Shown: positions 8,701-18,173, counted from the first letter of the stretch. The stretch is 57,224 bases of DNA from an uncultured Pirellulales bacterium (GCA_964492365.1 CAZBKA010000002.1:1208-58431), one strand, 5' to 3'. Notes: generated by a model not told the origin, from the sequence alone. Made by a program: numbers and translations.

Positions 8701-11700
8701 ATGATAACCAGGCAAACACTTTTTCTTTTCATGGCAATTTTATTTTCAGCAAATAATTATCTTTTCGGTGGAAACCAAAAATCTGAAACTGCTTTGATAG
8801 TTTGCAGCAAAGATGCTTCTGCAATCGAGAAAATGGCGGCGAGGGAGATTCGCAGGTATATTTATTTGCGAACTGATGAGCTTGTAATGATAGTGAACAA
8901 GGTCAAAGGCGGGGAAAATCTGATAGTCGTAGGGCAAAAAGACAGCGAAGTATTTAAACATGTTATAAGCAATGAACTGCAAAAAGATATTAGCGTGCTG
9001 TCTGAACAGGAATATATCATTAAGACCGTAACATATAAGGGCAAAGATGCGGTGGTTATTGTTGGCGGTGATGCAGTGGGGACTTTATATGGGGCCTACA
9101 GATTTGCGGAGACAATGGGGGTTCGGTTCTATCTGGAGGGCGATGTTGTAGGGGATGAAAAAATCGCATTGACGATTCCACAACTTGATATTAAAGATTC
9201 TCCATTATTCGAATTAAGAGGTATTCAGCCTTTTCATGATTTTCCGGAGGGTCCTGACTGGTGGGATATTGACGGATATAAAGCGGTGCTTGCGCAGCTT
9301 CCTAAGATGCGGATGAACTTTTTGGGGCTGCACACATATCCCGAAGGCTGGCTTGGACCTGAGCCTACGGTATGGATCGGTGAGAAAGAAGATATCGGTA
9401 AAGGCGGGCGAGTAAAATCCAGTTATCCGAGCAGACACTTTACGAGTTACAGCGGGACATGGGGGTATCAGAAAAAGGATACCTGTGATTATCTTTTCGG
9501 CGGTGATCAGATATTTGAAAAGAATGGTTACGGCGTAGATTATATGGAAGGCATGATGCCGTGGCCTGAGACGGAACAGGAAAAGAATGTTTTATTCTAC
9601 AGGATGGGAAATGTTTTGAAGGATGCTTTTGATTTTGCGAATATGCTCGGCATAAAAACTTGCATAGGAACAGAAACGCCTTTGGTTATTCCTTCAGAAG
9701 TCCAACAAAGGCTTAGAGAAGCTGGAAAGAATCCTGAAGAGCCTCAAGTTGTACAGGAGTTATATGAGGGGATGTTTAAGCGGATAATGGAAACCCATAA
9801 GCTTGATTACTACTGGATATGGACGCCTGAAAACTGGACCTGGGATGAAAAATATTCAAATGATAATGCAGATAAAGCATTGGAAGATATACAGCTTGCG
9901 GTCAAGGCGAAGGAAAATGTCGGGGCTGGTTTCAGGTTGGCAACTTGCGGGTGGGTTCTTGGACCTGTAAAAAATCGTGCGATGTTTGACAATGCACTGC
10001 CTAAAGATATGCCGATGAGCTGTATTAACAGGAACGTTGGTTGTGATTTTGTCGAACCTGGATTTGCGGATGTTACAGACAGGGATAAGTGGGCGATACC
10101 GTGGCTTGAAGATGATGCTGGAATGATAGTTCCGCAACTTTGGGCAGGCAGGATGCGAAAAGATGCGGCAGACGCTTTGAAATATGGATGCAACGGACTT
10201 ATGGGGATACACTGGAGAACAAGAATACTTGGGCCGAACGTTTCTGCACTTGCCAAAGCAGGCTGGGATCAGGAAGGATGGAACGCAGATTTTAATCCAC
10301 AAAGTAAAAAAAGTGAACCCGTATTTGTTGATGGCGCAATCGGTGGAAAACCGGCAGTATATGCAAGTAATGTGATTGAAAAAACCGATGATGATGGATT
10401 GTATAACAGTGTACGTTATGATGTTAAAGGTTATCAGTTTAAAGTCGATAACGGCAAGTATAAAGTAACATTGAAGTTTTGTGAGGTACATTATAACGAG
10501 GCCGGCAAGAGAGTTTTCGGTGTGAAATTACAGGGCAAGGAAGTTATTGATCGGCTTGATATCTTTGAAAAGGTCGGAAAGAATTGCGTTCTGGACTATA
10601 CTTTTGATGATATAGATATCACTGACGGTGTGTTGAAAATAGTGTTTGATTATATTGTTGAATATCCGTGTATAAGTGCAATAGTTATTGAGGGTAATGG
10701 GGTATTAAAAAAGATCAATTGCGGCGGCAATACCTATGGCGATTATGCAGCGGATATGAGTGCAACACCAGAACAGGAAAGAGGGCTTGCGATTAACGAT
10801 TTCTATGTTGACTGGGCGAGGACAAGTTTTGGTGAAGAAGCAGCTGAGAATATCGCAAAGATATTTACCAGCATTGACGGTAAGCTGCCCCGACCTGCGC
10901 AATGGGTCGACGGACCTGGCGGAATTGCGGCTGATAATAACCCATGGGATAAGGTTAAACAAGCGTATGGCTTTGTTGATGAGATGGCTGGATTGAAAGA
11001 CAAGGTGACAGGTAAAGGTAATGTTGAAAGATTTGATTACTGGCTGAACAATTTCATGTATCTGCGTGAAGTAGCAAAGGGTAATTGTTTGTGGGGCAGA
11101 TATAACGATATCATGGTAAAAGTCAAATCAGAGGCTGATGCAGTTAAGAAAAAGGAGATGGCTATACAAGAAGCCCTGCCTGCAAGAGAAGAGCTAATAA
11201 AACAAAATGGTGTCATACAAAAATATCTTCTTGCAACGGTAACCACAACCGGAGCGATGGGCAATGTCACCAACTGGAACCAGCATATCTATCCCATCCT
11301 GTTAAGTAATTCTGAGGGTGAATTGTCGCAAATTATCGGCAAATTGCCGCCACAGGCACAGAGCGGGAGATATAAAAAGTATGATGGTGACATCAGGATG
11401 TTTGTCTCGGTAGTAAGGACAAGCTTAGAAAGAGGGGAAAGTCTCAAGCTTAAAGTTATCGTACTTGGTGACATTTTCAAGAAGGCATCGCTGTATTATA
11501 GAGAGATGGGCAGCGGTAAATTTGAAATTAGAGATATCAAACATGTTAATCGTGGTGTTTATCAGGTTGTAATATCCGGTGAAAAGTTAAAATCCCTAGA
11601 TACGGTTGAATACTATATTGATGCTGAAACATTGGGAGGTGTAAAATTAAGATGGCCTGCAACGAGTCCGGAAATTAACCAAACTGTTATCATATTAGAC

Positions 11701-11703
11701 TGA
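8701..11703 (+). CDS. Secreted glycoside hydrolase-like protein with a GH67N/GH20b-like N-domain and an internal malectin-like carbohydrate-binding module
   Basis: The start at 8701 is preferred because AGGAG (8689-8693) lies 7 nt upstream. The track start at 8683 has no RBS. Signal peptide present. N-domain reads VVIVGGDAVGTLYGAYRFAETMGVRFY. Malectin-like block reads YKVTLKFCEVHYNEAGKRVFGVKLQGKEV...INCGG. Confidence 0.55.
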   Translation: MITRQTLFLFMAILFSANNYLFGGNQKSETALIVCSKDASAIEKMAAREIRRYIYLRTDELVMIVNKVKGGENLIVVGQKDSEVFKHVISNELQKDISVLSEQEYIIKTVTYKGKDAVVIVGGDAVGTLYGAYRFAETMGVRFYLEGDVVGDEKIALTIPQLDIKDSPLFELRGIQPFHDFPEGPDWWDIDGYKAVLAQLPKMRMNFLGLHTYPEGWLGPEPTVWIGEKEDIGKGGRVKSSYPSRHFTSYSGTWGYQKKDTCDYLFGGDQIFEKNGYGVDYMEGMMPWPETEQEKNVLFYRMGNVLKDAFDFANMLGIKTCIGTETPLVIPSEVQQRLREAGKNPEEPQVVQELYEGMFKRIMETHKLDYYWIWTPENWTWDEKYSNDNADKALEDIQLAVKAKENVGAGFRLATCGWVLGPVKNRAMFDNALPKDMPMSCINRNVGCDFVEPGFADVTDRDKWAIPWLEDDAGMIVPQLWAGRMRKDAADALKYGCNGLMGIHWRTRILGPNVSALAKAGWDQEGWNADFNPQSKKSEPVFVDGAIGGKPAVYASNVIEKTDDDGLYNSVRYDVKGYQFKVDNGKYKVTLKFCEVHYNEAGKRVFGVKLQGKEVIDRLDIFEKVGKNCVLDYTFDDIDITDGVLKIVFDYIVEYPCISAIVIEGNGVLKKINCGGNTYGDYAADMSATPEQERGLAINDFYVDWARTSFGEEAAENIAKIFTSIDGKLPRPAQWVDGPGGIAADNNPWDKVKQAYGFVDEMAGLKDKVTGKGNVERFDYWLNNFMYLREVAKGNCLWGRYNDIMVKVKSEADAVKKKEMAIQEALPAREELIKQNGVIQKYLLATVTTTGAMGNVTNWNQHIYPILLSNSEGELSQIIGKLPPQAQSGRYKKYDGDIRMFVSVVRTSLERGESLKLKVIVLGDIFKKASLYYREMGSGKFEIRDIKHVNRGVYQVVISGEKLKSLDTVEYYIDAETLGGVKLRWPATSPEINQTVIILD

Positions 11704-11777
11704 AATGAGAAAATAGAGAATCCAAATTGTTACTATAAAATTTTTATATACATTTACCATATAAACTAAAAAAAAGA

Positions 11778-11806
11778 TTGACTTTCGTTTATTTGTTTGT
11801 TCAAAT
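11778..11806 (+). promoter_or_regulatory. Possible promoter of the cold-shock gene
   Basis: TTGACT, 17 nt spacer, TCAAAT. This would give a roughly 95 nt leader, as is common for csp genes. Confidence 0.3.
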
Positions 11807-11907
11807 TGTGGTGTGTACAGGGAGTTTCTTTCACCCCAAAAAGTGACTTCCAGCAATATTTGTTTTGGGGATTATTAAAGGTCGATTAGACCTTGGGAGT
11901 GACACAA

Positions 11908-12111
11908 GTGGATACAGGTACAGTAAAGTGGTTCAATGACAAAAAAGGTTTTGGTTTTATTACCCCTGACGACGGAAGTGAAGATCTTTTCGTACATCAC
12001 AGCGAGATCGCGGCAGAAGGCTATCGCAGCCTTAAAGATGGACAGAAAGTTTCGTATGAAGTAGCAAAAGGCGATAAAGGTTTGCAGGCAACAAAAGTTA
12101 CCGGCAACTAG
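11908..12111 (+). CDS. Cold-shock protein (CspA family)
   Basis: [15 protein letters not shown] (RNP1) and DLFVHHS (RNP2). The GTG start at 11908 has GGGAG 8 nt upstream. The track start TTG at 11893 is less likely. Confidence 0.9.
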   Translation: MDTGTVKWFNDKKGFGFITPDDGSEDLFVHHSEIAAEGYRSLKDGQKVSYEVAKGDKGLQATKVTGN

Positions 12112-12514
12112 TTCATTTTCTGCAGTATAAAAAGCCCAGCGTCCAGTGGGCCTTTGGAACCTCCGACGACGGTCGACAAAATATTTGATCATAGATAGTT
12201 TTGGATATTTTCCGGAGGTATACGAGGGAGTGTATACGCGGTTTATCAAAATTAGCGGTAATGTTCTGTCAAAATTGAAGGTTTGATATATATTGCTGCG
12301 GCTGTGTTGTAAATTGTGCTTTACCGATTGCGCATTACCAGTAGGTAGATTGCAGACAAAGTAAGTTTGTATTCATATCAGCCTAATAAGGTGCTGATGG
12401 AGCTGGTTTCGGGCTTGTGGGTGGTGTCTGTCTAAATTTTCGTTCATATCTGTAATTTCGTATCGTATCTATTCTAGTTCTATTCAGTTCATATTGAATT
12501 TTCGGCTAATTTTG

Positions 12515-12542
12515 TTGCAGTCAAGGCTGATGGTTATATAAT
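12515..12542 (+). promoter_or_regulatory. Putative promoter of the symporter gene
   Basis: TTGCAG, 16 nt spacer, TATAAT (12537-12542). Confidence 0.4.
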
Positions 12543-12606
12543 ACCCTTTTGTTTAATTAATCCTAAATTATCGTAGACATGAAGTCTTTTTAGAAAGGGA
12601 TTGGCC

Positions 12607-14268
12607 ATGGGTTTGAGTTTTGTAGACATTGCGGTGTTTGTGTTATTTCTCGTGGGGGTAGTTGCTATTGGCTTATTAAAGAGCCGATCAGAAAAAAACA
12701 CAAATGAAGATTATTTTCTCGCAGGCAGAGGATTGAAATGGTGGCTGATAGGCTTTTCTCTGATTGCCGCTAACATTTCGACTGAGCAGTTCGTTGGCAT
12801 GAGCGGTGACGCTGCGGGCAATGTTGGCTTGGCAATTGCAAGCTATGAGTGGATGGCGGCAATAACTCTTATTATTGTCGCATTTTTCTTTCTGCCTCAT
12901 TTCCTGCGAGCAGGTATTTATACAATGCCCGAGTTTCTGGAATATCGCTATGACTGGACAGCAAGAGCAATTATGGCGTCAGCAACGCTGATGATATATG
13001 TAATGCTGGTTGGCTGTATTACTTATTCAGGAGCATTAACAATAGAGGCCTTCGTAAAAGCGAGAATGGGTTATGAGATATCATTGTGGGCCGGTTCTAT
13101 TTTTATTGTTGTAATAGCATTGATCTATGTCGTAATGGGCGGTTTGAAAGCCTGTGCATGGGCGGATGTGATTCAGGGTTCTGCTCTTATTATCGCCGGT
13201 GCGGTTATTATGATCCTTGTATTTATCAAACTCGGACTGGTTGAACAGGCTACCATGCTAGTCGATGGAGCGGCAAAAACAGTGCCTCTGGATTCTGGTA
13301 TGAGTGCATGGGATCGGTTCTGGCATCTTAATACTAATAAGATGACGATGTATCTTCCTTCGGATCATCCTAAGCTGCCCTGGACGGCACTTATCGTTGG
13401 TTTGTGGATCCCCAACTTTTATTACTGGGGTTTGAATCAGTATATCACACAGAGAACACTTGGTTCAGCATCACTGTCTGAAGGCCAAAAAGGTATCGTA
13501 TTTTCAGCGTTTATGAAATTGATCATTCCTTTCGTTGTTGTTATTCCCGGCATTATTGCTTTTAACCTCTATTATCAGAATATGCAGGTTGACGGTGTTT
13601 ACAAATCAGACCTGGCTTTGGGACAGCTGATAGCGAATGTGGTTCCATCGAATGGATTGTTCGGCTTTGTTCTGGCAGCTTTGCTTGGTGCAGTTATTTC
13701 ATCTCTGGCGGCTTTGCTTAATGCGGCAAGTACAATTTTCTCGATGGATATCTACTGTAAATATATTAATAAAAATGCTCAGCAGAATCGGGTCGTTTCC
13801 ATGGGCAGAATAAGCGTTGCTGTATTCGGTGCGCTTGCAGTTATTATTTCGGCGTTAGTGCTTGATAATCCAAATCTTAATAAGGGTATCTTTACAGTTA
13901 TCCAGGAAGTACAGGGACTTATCAGTCCTGGTATTCTGGCAGCATTTGCCTTTGGTTTTGTAGTTAAAAAAGCTCCGAGAATTTGCGGGACAATATCGCT
14001 TGTGATTAACATTGTCGGTTACTCACTGCTGAAGGTTGCTATGCCAGAGCTAAACTTTCTGAATCGTATGGCGGTTTGTTTCGGGCTTTGTATTCTGGTT
14101 ATGGCTGCAATAAGACTTGCTAAACCACTTGCAGAACCGATCACGTTCGAAACTAAAACGACCATTGATCTTAAAGGTTCTAAAGGTGCTTTCATTGCAG
14201 GTATCGCGGTGATTATATTTACAGTAATACTTTATATTGTATTTAGCCCGCTTGGAATTGTTAAGTAA
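12607..14268 (+). CDS. Sodium:solute symporter (SSS/SGLT family)
   Basis: YFLAGRGLKWWLIGFSLIAANISTEQFVGMSG signature and about 13 TM segments. The ATG at 12607 has AAAGGGA 6 nt upstream. The track start is TTG at 12601. Confidence 0.8.
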   Translation: MGLSFVDIAVFVLFLVGVVAIGLLKSRSEKNTNEDYFLAGRGLKWWLIGFSLIAANISTEQFVGMSGDAAGNVGLAIASYEWMAAITLIIVAFFFLPHFLRAGIYTMPEFLEYRYDWTARAIMASATLMIYVMLVGCITYSGALTIEAFVKARMGYEISLWAGSIFIVVIALIYVVMGGLKACAWADVIQGSALIIAGAVIMILVFIKLGLVEQATMLVDGAAKTVPLDSGMSAWDRFWHLNTNKMTMYLPSDHPKLPWTALIVGLWIPNFYYWGLNQYITQRTLGSASLSEGQKGIVFSAFMKLIIPFVVVIPGIIAFNLYYQNMQVDGVYKSDLALGQLIANVVPSNGLFGFVLAALLGAVISSLAALLNAASTIFSMDIYCKYINKNAQQNRVVSMGRISVAVFGALAVIISALVLDNPNLNKGIFTVIQEVQGLISPGILAAFAFGFVVKKAPRICGTISLVINIVGYSLLKVAMPELNFLNRMAVCFGLCILVMAAIRLAKPLAEPITFETKTTIDLKGSKGAFIAGIAVIIFTVILYIVFSPLGIVK

Positions 14269-14311
14269 TTTTGGGTTATATTTGTAAGAGAAACCAGTAG
14301 TTTGTATAATG

Positions 14312-14346
14312 CGGCCGAGTTGTTAAGTTACTCGGCCGTTTTTATT
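14312..14346 (+). terminator. Rho-independent terminator
   Basis: Perfect 9 bp stem of CGGCCGAGT (14312-14320) with ACTCGGCCG (14330-14338), followed by TTTTTATTTT. Confidence 0.75.
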
Positions 14347-14365
14347 TTCAGTCTGGAACAGGAAT

Positions 14366-15307
14366 ATGTGCAATAACAATAGTAAAAAAGGCATTTTTGA
14401 GGCTAAAGTGAACTCGAACCGGTGCATTGGTGAGGGGTTTTACAGGATTAATATTGGGTTTTGCGGAGATGGAGCGAGACTTTTTGCGAGATTTATTCCA
14501 GGTCAGTTTGTGGAAATCGATCTGAGCAATGCCCCCCTACCTGCGACGGATAAGATACCGGATAAACTTCGTGATGTGAGCGGTCGCAACATTATACTTC
14601 GCAGACCTTTCAGTCTTGCAGATGTTGAGGCTTGCGGGGAAGTTACAAATGTTGAAATACTTTATTGCAGTGTCGGACCGGCGAGTTTGCGGATGACGGG
14701 ATTGAAAAAAGGTGATGTTGTAAGTGTGATTGGGCCTTTGGGAAACGGGTTCTGTATTGATAAGAAGAAAAAAGTTGCGATACTGGCGGTTGGCGGTATG
14801 GGTGCTGGGCCTTTACAGCATCTTGCGGTGGAGCTTGCAAAGATACCTGATATGGAGGTAATCGCTTTTGTTGGGGCACAGTCTTCAAACAGATTGCCAT
14901 TTGAGAAGCCTTTCGGTGAGTTCAGTTGTGAACCTACACTTTGTCTGAATGAATTTACAAAATCGGCGGCTAAGAGTGTTGTTGCAACCGATGACGGATC
15001 CGCGGGGGTTAAGGGGTTTGTTACCGGGGCTGTGGATAGGTGGCTCGACGATTGTGAGGTTGCGACGAAAGATATTGTTATTTATTGCTGCGGGCCCGAG
15101 GCAATGCTGGCGGTAATGGCAAAGATAGCAGAAAAGCGTGGGATTGATTGCCAGGTAAGTATGGAACGACAGATGGCGTGCGGGATCGGTCTTTGCCAGA
15201 GTTGTGCGATAGAGTGCAGAAAAGAAGGCTGTGAGGAAACTTTTTACAAGATGTGCTGTAAGGACGGACCAGTTTTTGACAGCAAAGAAGTGGTTTTTCA
15301 CCCTTAA
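14366..15307 (+). CDS. pyrK: Dihydroorotate dehydrogenase B, electron-transfer (FAD/2Fe-2S) subunit
   Basis: RRPFS flavin-binding motif. GGMGAGP nucleotide-binding loop. C-terminal cluster CGIGLCQSCAIEC...CCKDGPVF. Lies immediately upstream of pyrD. Confidence 0.85.
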   Translation: MCNNNSKKGIFEAKVNSNRCIGEGFYRINIGFCGDGARLFARFIPGQFVEIDLSNAPLPATDKIPDKLRDVSGRNIILRRPFSLADVEACGEVTNVEILYCSVGPASLRMTGLKKGDVVSVIGPLGNGFCIDKKKKVAILAVGGMGAGPLQHLAVELAKIPDMEVIAFVGAQSSNRLPFEKPFGEFSCEPTLCLNEFTKSAAKSVVATDDGSAGVKGFVTGAVDRWLDDCEVATKDIVIYCCGPEAMLAVMAKIAEKRGIDCQVSMERQMACGIGLCQSCAIECRKEGCEETFYKMCCKDGPVFDSKEVVFHP

Positions 15308-15401
15308 GGGTGGTAAATGTCCGCGAATAAATCCATAACTTGTTGTTTTTGAGTTATTTGCCCGCGGATAAACAGCAAGATTCAATTAGGAACAGTACAA
15401 A

Positions 15402-16334
15402 ATGAAAAATAAAGTCGATATGAGTATTGATTTTGCGGGGATAAAACTGGCGAATCCTGTTTTTACGGCATCGGGGACGTGCGGGTATGCGGATGAACTT
15501 GGTGAGTTTATGGACATCGATAAGCTGGGCGGGTTCATTACCAAGAGTATTTCCGTTAAGCCTAGAAAAGGTAATGCTACACCTAGAATGGTGGAAACCG
15601 ATTCGGGAATGCTGAATGCCATAGGTTTAGCTAATATTGGGCTGGATAGATTTGTTGAAGAGAAGATCCCCCTGCTTGCTAAGATGAAAGCTGCGATTTT
15701 TGTTAATGTTGCGGGTACGACGATTGATGATTATATAGAGGTGACGGAGAAACTGGCGGGGCAAAAAGCTATTGCAGGTTTTGAATTAAATATCAGTTGT
15801 CCGAATGTTAAAAAAGGCGGGATAAGTTTTGGTACTGATCCGGTGCAGATCGCAGATATTACTTCTAAAGTTAAAAAGGCGGCTGGGAATAAGAAGCTAA
15901 TCGTGAAGCTGACGCCTACGGTGACGAATATCAGCGAAACAGCGGCGGCGGCGGTTGAAAGCGGCGCTGATGGGCTTAGTCTGGTGAATACGTTTACCGC
16001 TATGGTTATCGATATTGAGACAAGAAAGCCTGTGCTTGCTAACCGGACGGGTGGATTGTCGGGGCCTGCGATAAAGCCTATAGCGGTTTATCTTGTTAAT
16101 AAGGTTTATAATGAAGTTACTAAGAATACTAATGTGCCGATTTTAGGACTTGGCGGGATAAGAAACGCCAGTGATGCAATCGAATTTATGATAGCAGGAG
16201 CTACGGCGGTATCTATTGGGACGGCAAGTTTCTTTGAGCCTGGCAGTTGTGAGAGAATTGTTGAGGGAATCGAGAAATTCTGCGAGAGGAAAAATATATT
16301 GGCTGTTAGAGAAATTACAGGTAGTTTGCTTTGA
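15402..16334 (+). CDS. pyrD: Dihydroorotate dehydrogenase 1B, catalytic subunit
   Basis: NPVFTASGTCGY, NISCPNVK, GLSGPAIKPIA and GLGGI blocks are typical of class 1 DHODH. Confidence 0.9.
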   Translation: MKNKVDMSIDFAGIKLANPVFTASGTCGYADELGEFMDIDKLGGFITKSISVKPRKGNATPRMVETDSGMLNAIGLANIGLDRFVEEKIPLLAKMKAAIFVNVAGTTIDDYIEVTEKLAGQKAIAGFELNISCPNVKKGGISFGTDPVQIADITSKVKKAAGNKKLIVKLTPTVTNISETAAAAVESGADGLSLVNTFTAMVIDIETRKPVLANRTGGLSGPAIKPIAVYLVNKVYNEVTKNTNVPILGLGGIRNASDAIEFMIAGATAVSIGTASFFEPGSCERIVEGIEKFCERKNILAVREITGSLL

Positions 16335-16390
16335 CACAGCAGTATCTGGATGATTAAATAAGTAGGTTCTTAGGATAGCAAATATCCACG

Positions 16391-16416
16391 AATAACTTCG
16401 TAAGTTATTATTTTAA
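16391..16416 (+). terminator. Weak AT-rich hairpin, a possible pyrD terminator
   Basis: AATAACTT, CGT loop, AAGTTATT (8 bp stem), followed by ATTTTAA. Confidence 0.3.
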
Positions 16417-16501
16417 TGGAGTTATATAGAAAGCAGCTGAAGAGGCAAAAAAAATAAAACTAAAAAATAAAATTAAGGATTAACCGGTTAGGGAGTAAAA
16501 G

Positions 16502-17287
16502 ATGAAAAATTACAAAGACATCTTCGATAAAGTCGAATCCACACTCATCAGAGTTGGTTCAGAAAACCTCTCCGCTGAGAAAATTCGCGCCAATCTTGAT
16601 AAGTTTAAAAAACTTGGAAGCAAGATACCCAATGATGCCGATTACTACAAGAGTCTGGTTCATATTATCTTCTATTCAGGTTTTAGAGCTGCGACCGTCA
16701 CCCCTAAACTGCCTGTGATTGACGAACACTTCCCTAATTACGAAACCGTTGCAGGCTATGATGAGAGCATGGTCAACACGATTCTCAGCGACAAAAAAAT
16801 GATAAGGAATAAGCGGAAAGTTCAAGCCTGTATCGGGAATGCAAAAATTTTCAAAAGCATCATCAGCGAACATGGTTCATTCCAAAACTACATTAACTCC
16901 TTCTCGCCGACAGAATCTTTTGAGAACCTCATGCTCTTGAAGGAAGAACTGGAGTATCGTTTTAAAGGCAAAGGCCTGAGTAAAGTTACAACTTATCACT
17001 TTCTGATGGATATTGGCTTGCCTGTCATTAAACCGGACAGAGTAATATGTCGTATCTTTCAGAGATTGGGGCTAATCGAAAATGACGAGCAACTTCTGAA
17101 AACCATAATTCAAGGACGCAAATTTGCCCAAGCAACAGGACACCATATTCGATATATTGATATTGTTTTCGTTGCCTATGGACAGGTAAAGTCACTAGAG
17201 TATGGACTTGTCAAGGGTATTTGTCTTGAGCAAAACCCGTCGTGTTCAATCTGCGGCATAAAGAATTACTGCAAATACTCCTTGTAA
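16502..17287 (+). CDS. HhH DNA glycosylase, Tag (3-methyladenine glycosylase I)-like core with an EndoIII-type Cys cluster
   Basis: The Tag-like block [18 protein letters not shown]...[10 protein letters not shown] aligns to E. coli Tag IIRHRGKIQAIIGNARAY...FADFVWSF. C-terminal [17 protein letters not shown] has the spacing C-x6-C-x2-C-x5-C. Confidence 0.6.
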   Translation: MKNYKDIFDKVESTLIRVGSENLSAEKIRANLDKFKKLGSKIPNDADYYKSLVHIIFYSGFRAATVTPKLPVIDEHFPNYETVAGYDESMVNTILSDKKMIRNKRKVQACIGNAKIFKSIISEHGSFQNYINSFSPTESFENLMLLKEELEYRFKGKGLSKVTTYHFLMDIGLPVIKPDRVICRIFQRLGLIENDEQLLKTIIQGRKFAQATGHHIRYIDIVFVAYGQVKSLEYGLVKGICLEQNPSCSICGIKNYCKYSL

Positions 17288-17290
17288 AAT

Positions 17291-17464
17291 GACGCTACTA
17301 ATCTCTGACTCTATCATTGTGGTCAATCCAAGGACTTCATCCAGCTCTCTGTGTGCTAATAAACCTATATCACCGGTAACTTTCACTCCCGAAAATTTCA
17401 GCTTCAATTTTCGGTCAAAACCAGCTTGTACGACGTCGATAAGGGCTTTACTATCAAAGCAATA
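17291..17464 (-). pseudogene. Remnant of an IS1380/IS4-like DDE transposase N-terminus (no start codon; about 45 recognisable codons)
   Basis: The minus-strand frame reads ...[38 protein letters not shown].... This matches the F-x-G-x-x-(I/V)T-x-D-x-G-L-L-x-x-R-E-x-D-x-x-L-G-L signature at the N-terminus of IS1380-type transposases. Confidence 0.5.
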
Positions 17465-17543
17465 TCAAATGCGCAACTTTAATATGGGAAATGCGGAGTA
17501 AATCATTTACTGTCAGGTTGAAATTGATAGAATAGCGTGAGTT

Positions 17544-17846
17544 ATGGAAACATTAAAATTATTATATGATTATTTTCCAACGGCGGTATTTACCGGCAAA
17601 TGCCTGGTTTTTATCAGTGAGGATTGGCGAGTAGAGCTGACTGAGCATAAGGATAAGGACTTTACGAAGAGCGGTAATGAGCCTTCTTTGATACGGGTAA
17701 GGATATTCAAAAAAGCATTAAACGGTGAGTTTGTGCCTGGGCATTATGAGGATTTTCAACTTGAACCGATTGGGATGCTTGCGGAGCAACTTGAGAAATA
17801 TGTTCAGTTGGCAGTTGGAACAAATATCAGGGAAAGTTACGAATAA
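17544..17846 (+). CDS. Hypothetical protein (100 aa)
   Basis: Clean ORF with coding-like composition. No recognisable motif. Confidence 0.45.
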   Translation: METLKLLYDYFPTAVFTGKCLVFISEDWRVELTEHKDKDFTKSGNEPSLIRVRIFKKALNGEFVPGHYEDFQLEPIGMLAEQLEKYVQLAVGTNIRESYE

Positions 17847-17867
17847 TCGACTTAGAAAACTTTAGAC

Positions 17868-18170
17868 ATGTCTCAACTTTCTATAGAAAAAACTGCAACA
17901 GGGGTAGCTTTTAAAGCCAAGATAGTACCTGGCAGCAGTAAGACTGCCTTTGCTGGTATTCTTGACGGAATGCTCAAGGTTAAGGTTTCTGCGGCACCGG
18001 AAAAAGGCAAAGCTAATAAGTGCCTGATAGATTTTCTTGCTAAGAAACTTGGTTTGAAGAAAAAGGACATTTCTATCATCTCGGGGGCAACAAATCCTGT
18101 TAAGCAACTCCAAATTGATGGTATAAGCATGGAGATGTTTATCAGCAAAATGAATCCGGAGCAAGAGTGA
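17868..18170 (+). CDS. DUF167 (YggU/UPF0235) family protein
   Basis: KIVPGSSKTAF...LKVKVSAAPEKGKANKCLIDFLAKKLGLKKKDISIISGATNPVK is the typical DUF167 pattern. Confidence 0.75.
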   Translation: MSQLSIEKTATGVAFKAKIVPGSSKTAFAGILDGMLKVKVSAAPEKGKANKCLIDFLAKKLGLKKKDISIISGATNPVKQLQIDGISMEMFISKMNPEQE

Positions 18171-18173
18171 GAT

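Noticed and set aside
11875-12249. 124 aa ORF antisense to the cold-shock gene
   Set aside because: It overlaps an unmistakable CspA-family CDS on the other strand and shows no motif.
16391-16409. ATAACTTCGTAAGTTAT resembles the loxP arm ATAACTTCGTATA
   Set aside because: Only one short palindrome is present, with no 8 bp spacer or second 13 bp arm arrangement and no recombinase nearby. It is better explained as a weak terminator hairpin.
17289-17501. Listed 70 aa ORF on the + strand
   Set aside because: It has no RBS and an odd composition. The opposite strand carries a recognisable transposase-N-terminus remnant, so this ORF is most likely an antisense artefact.
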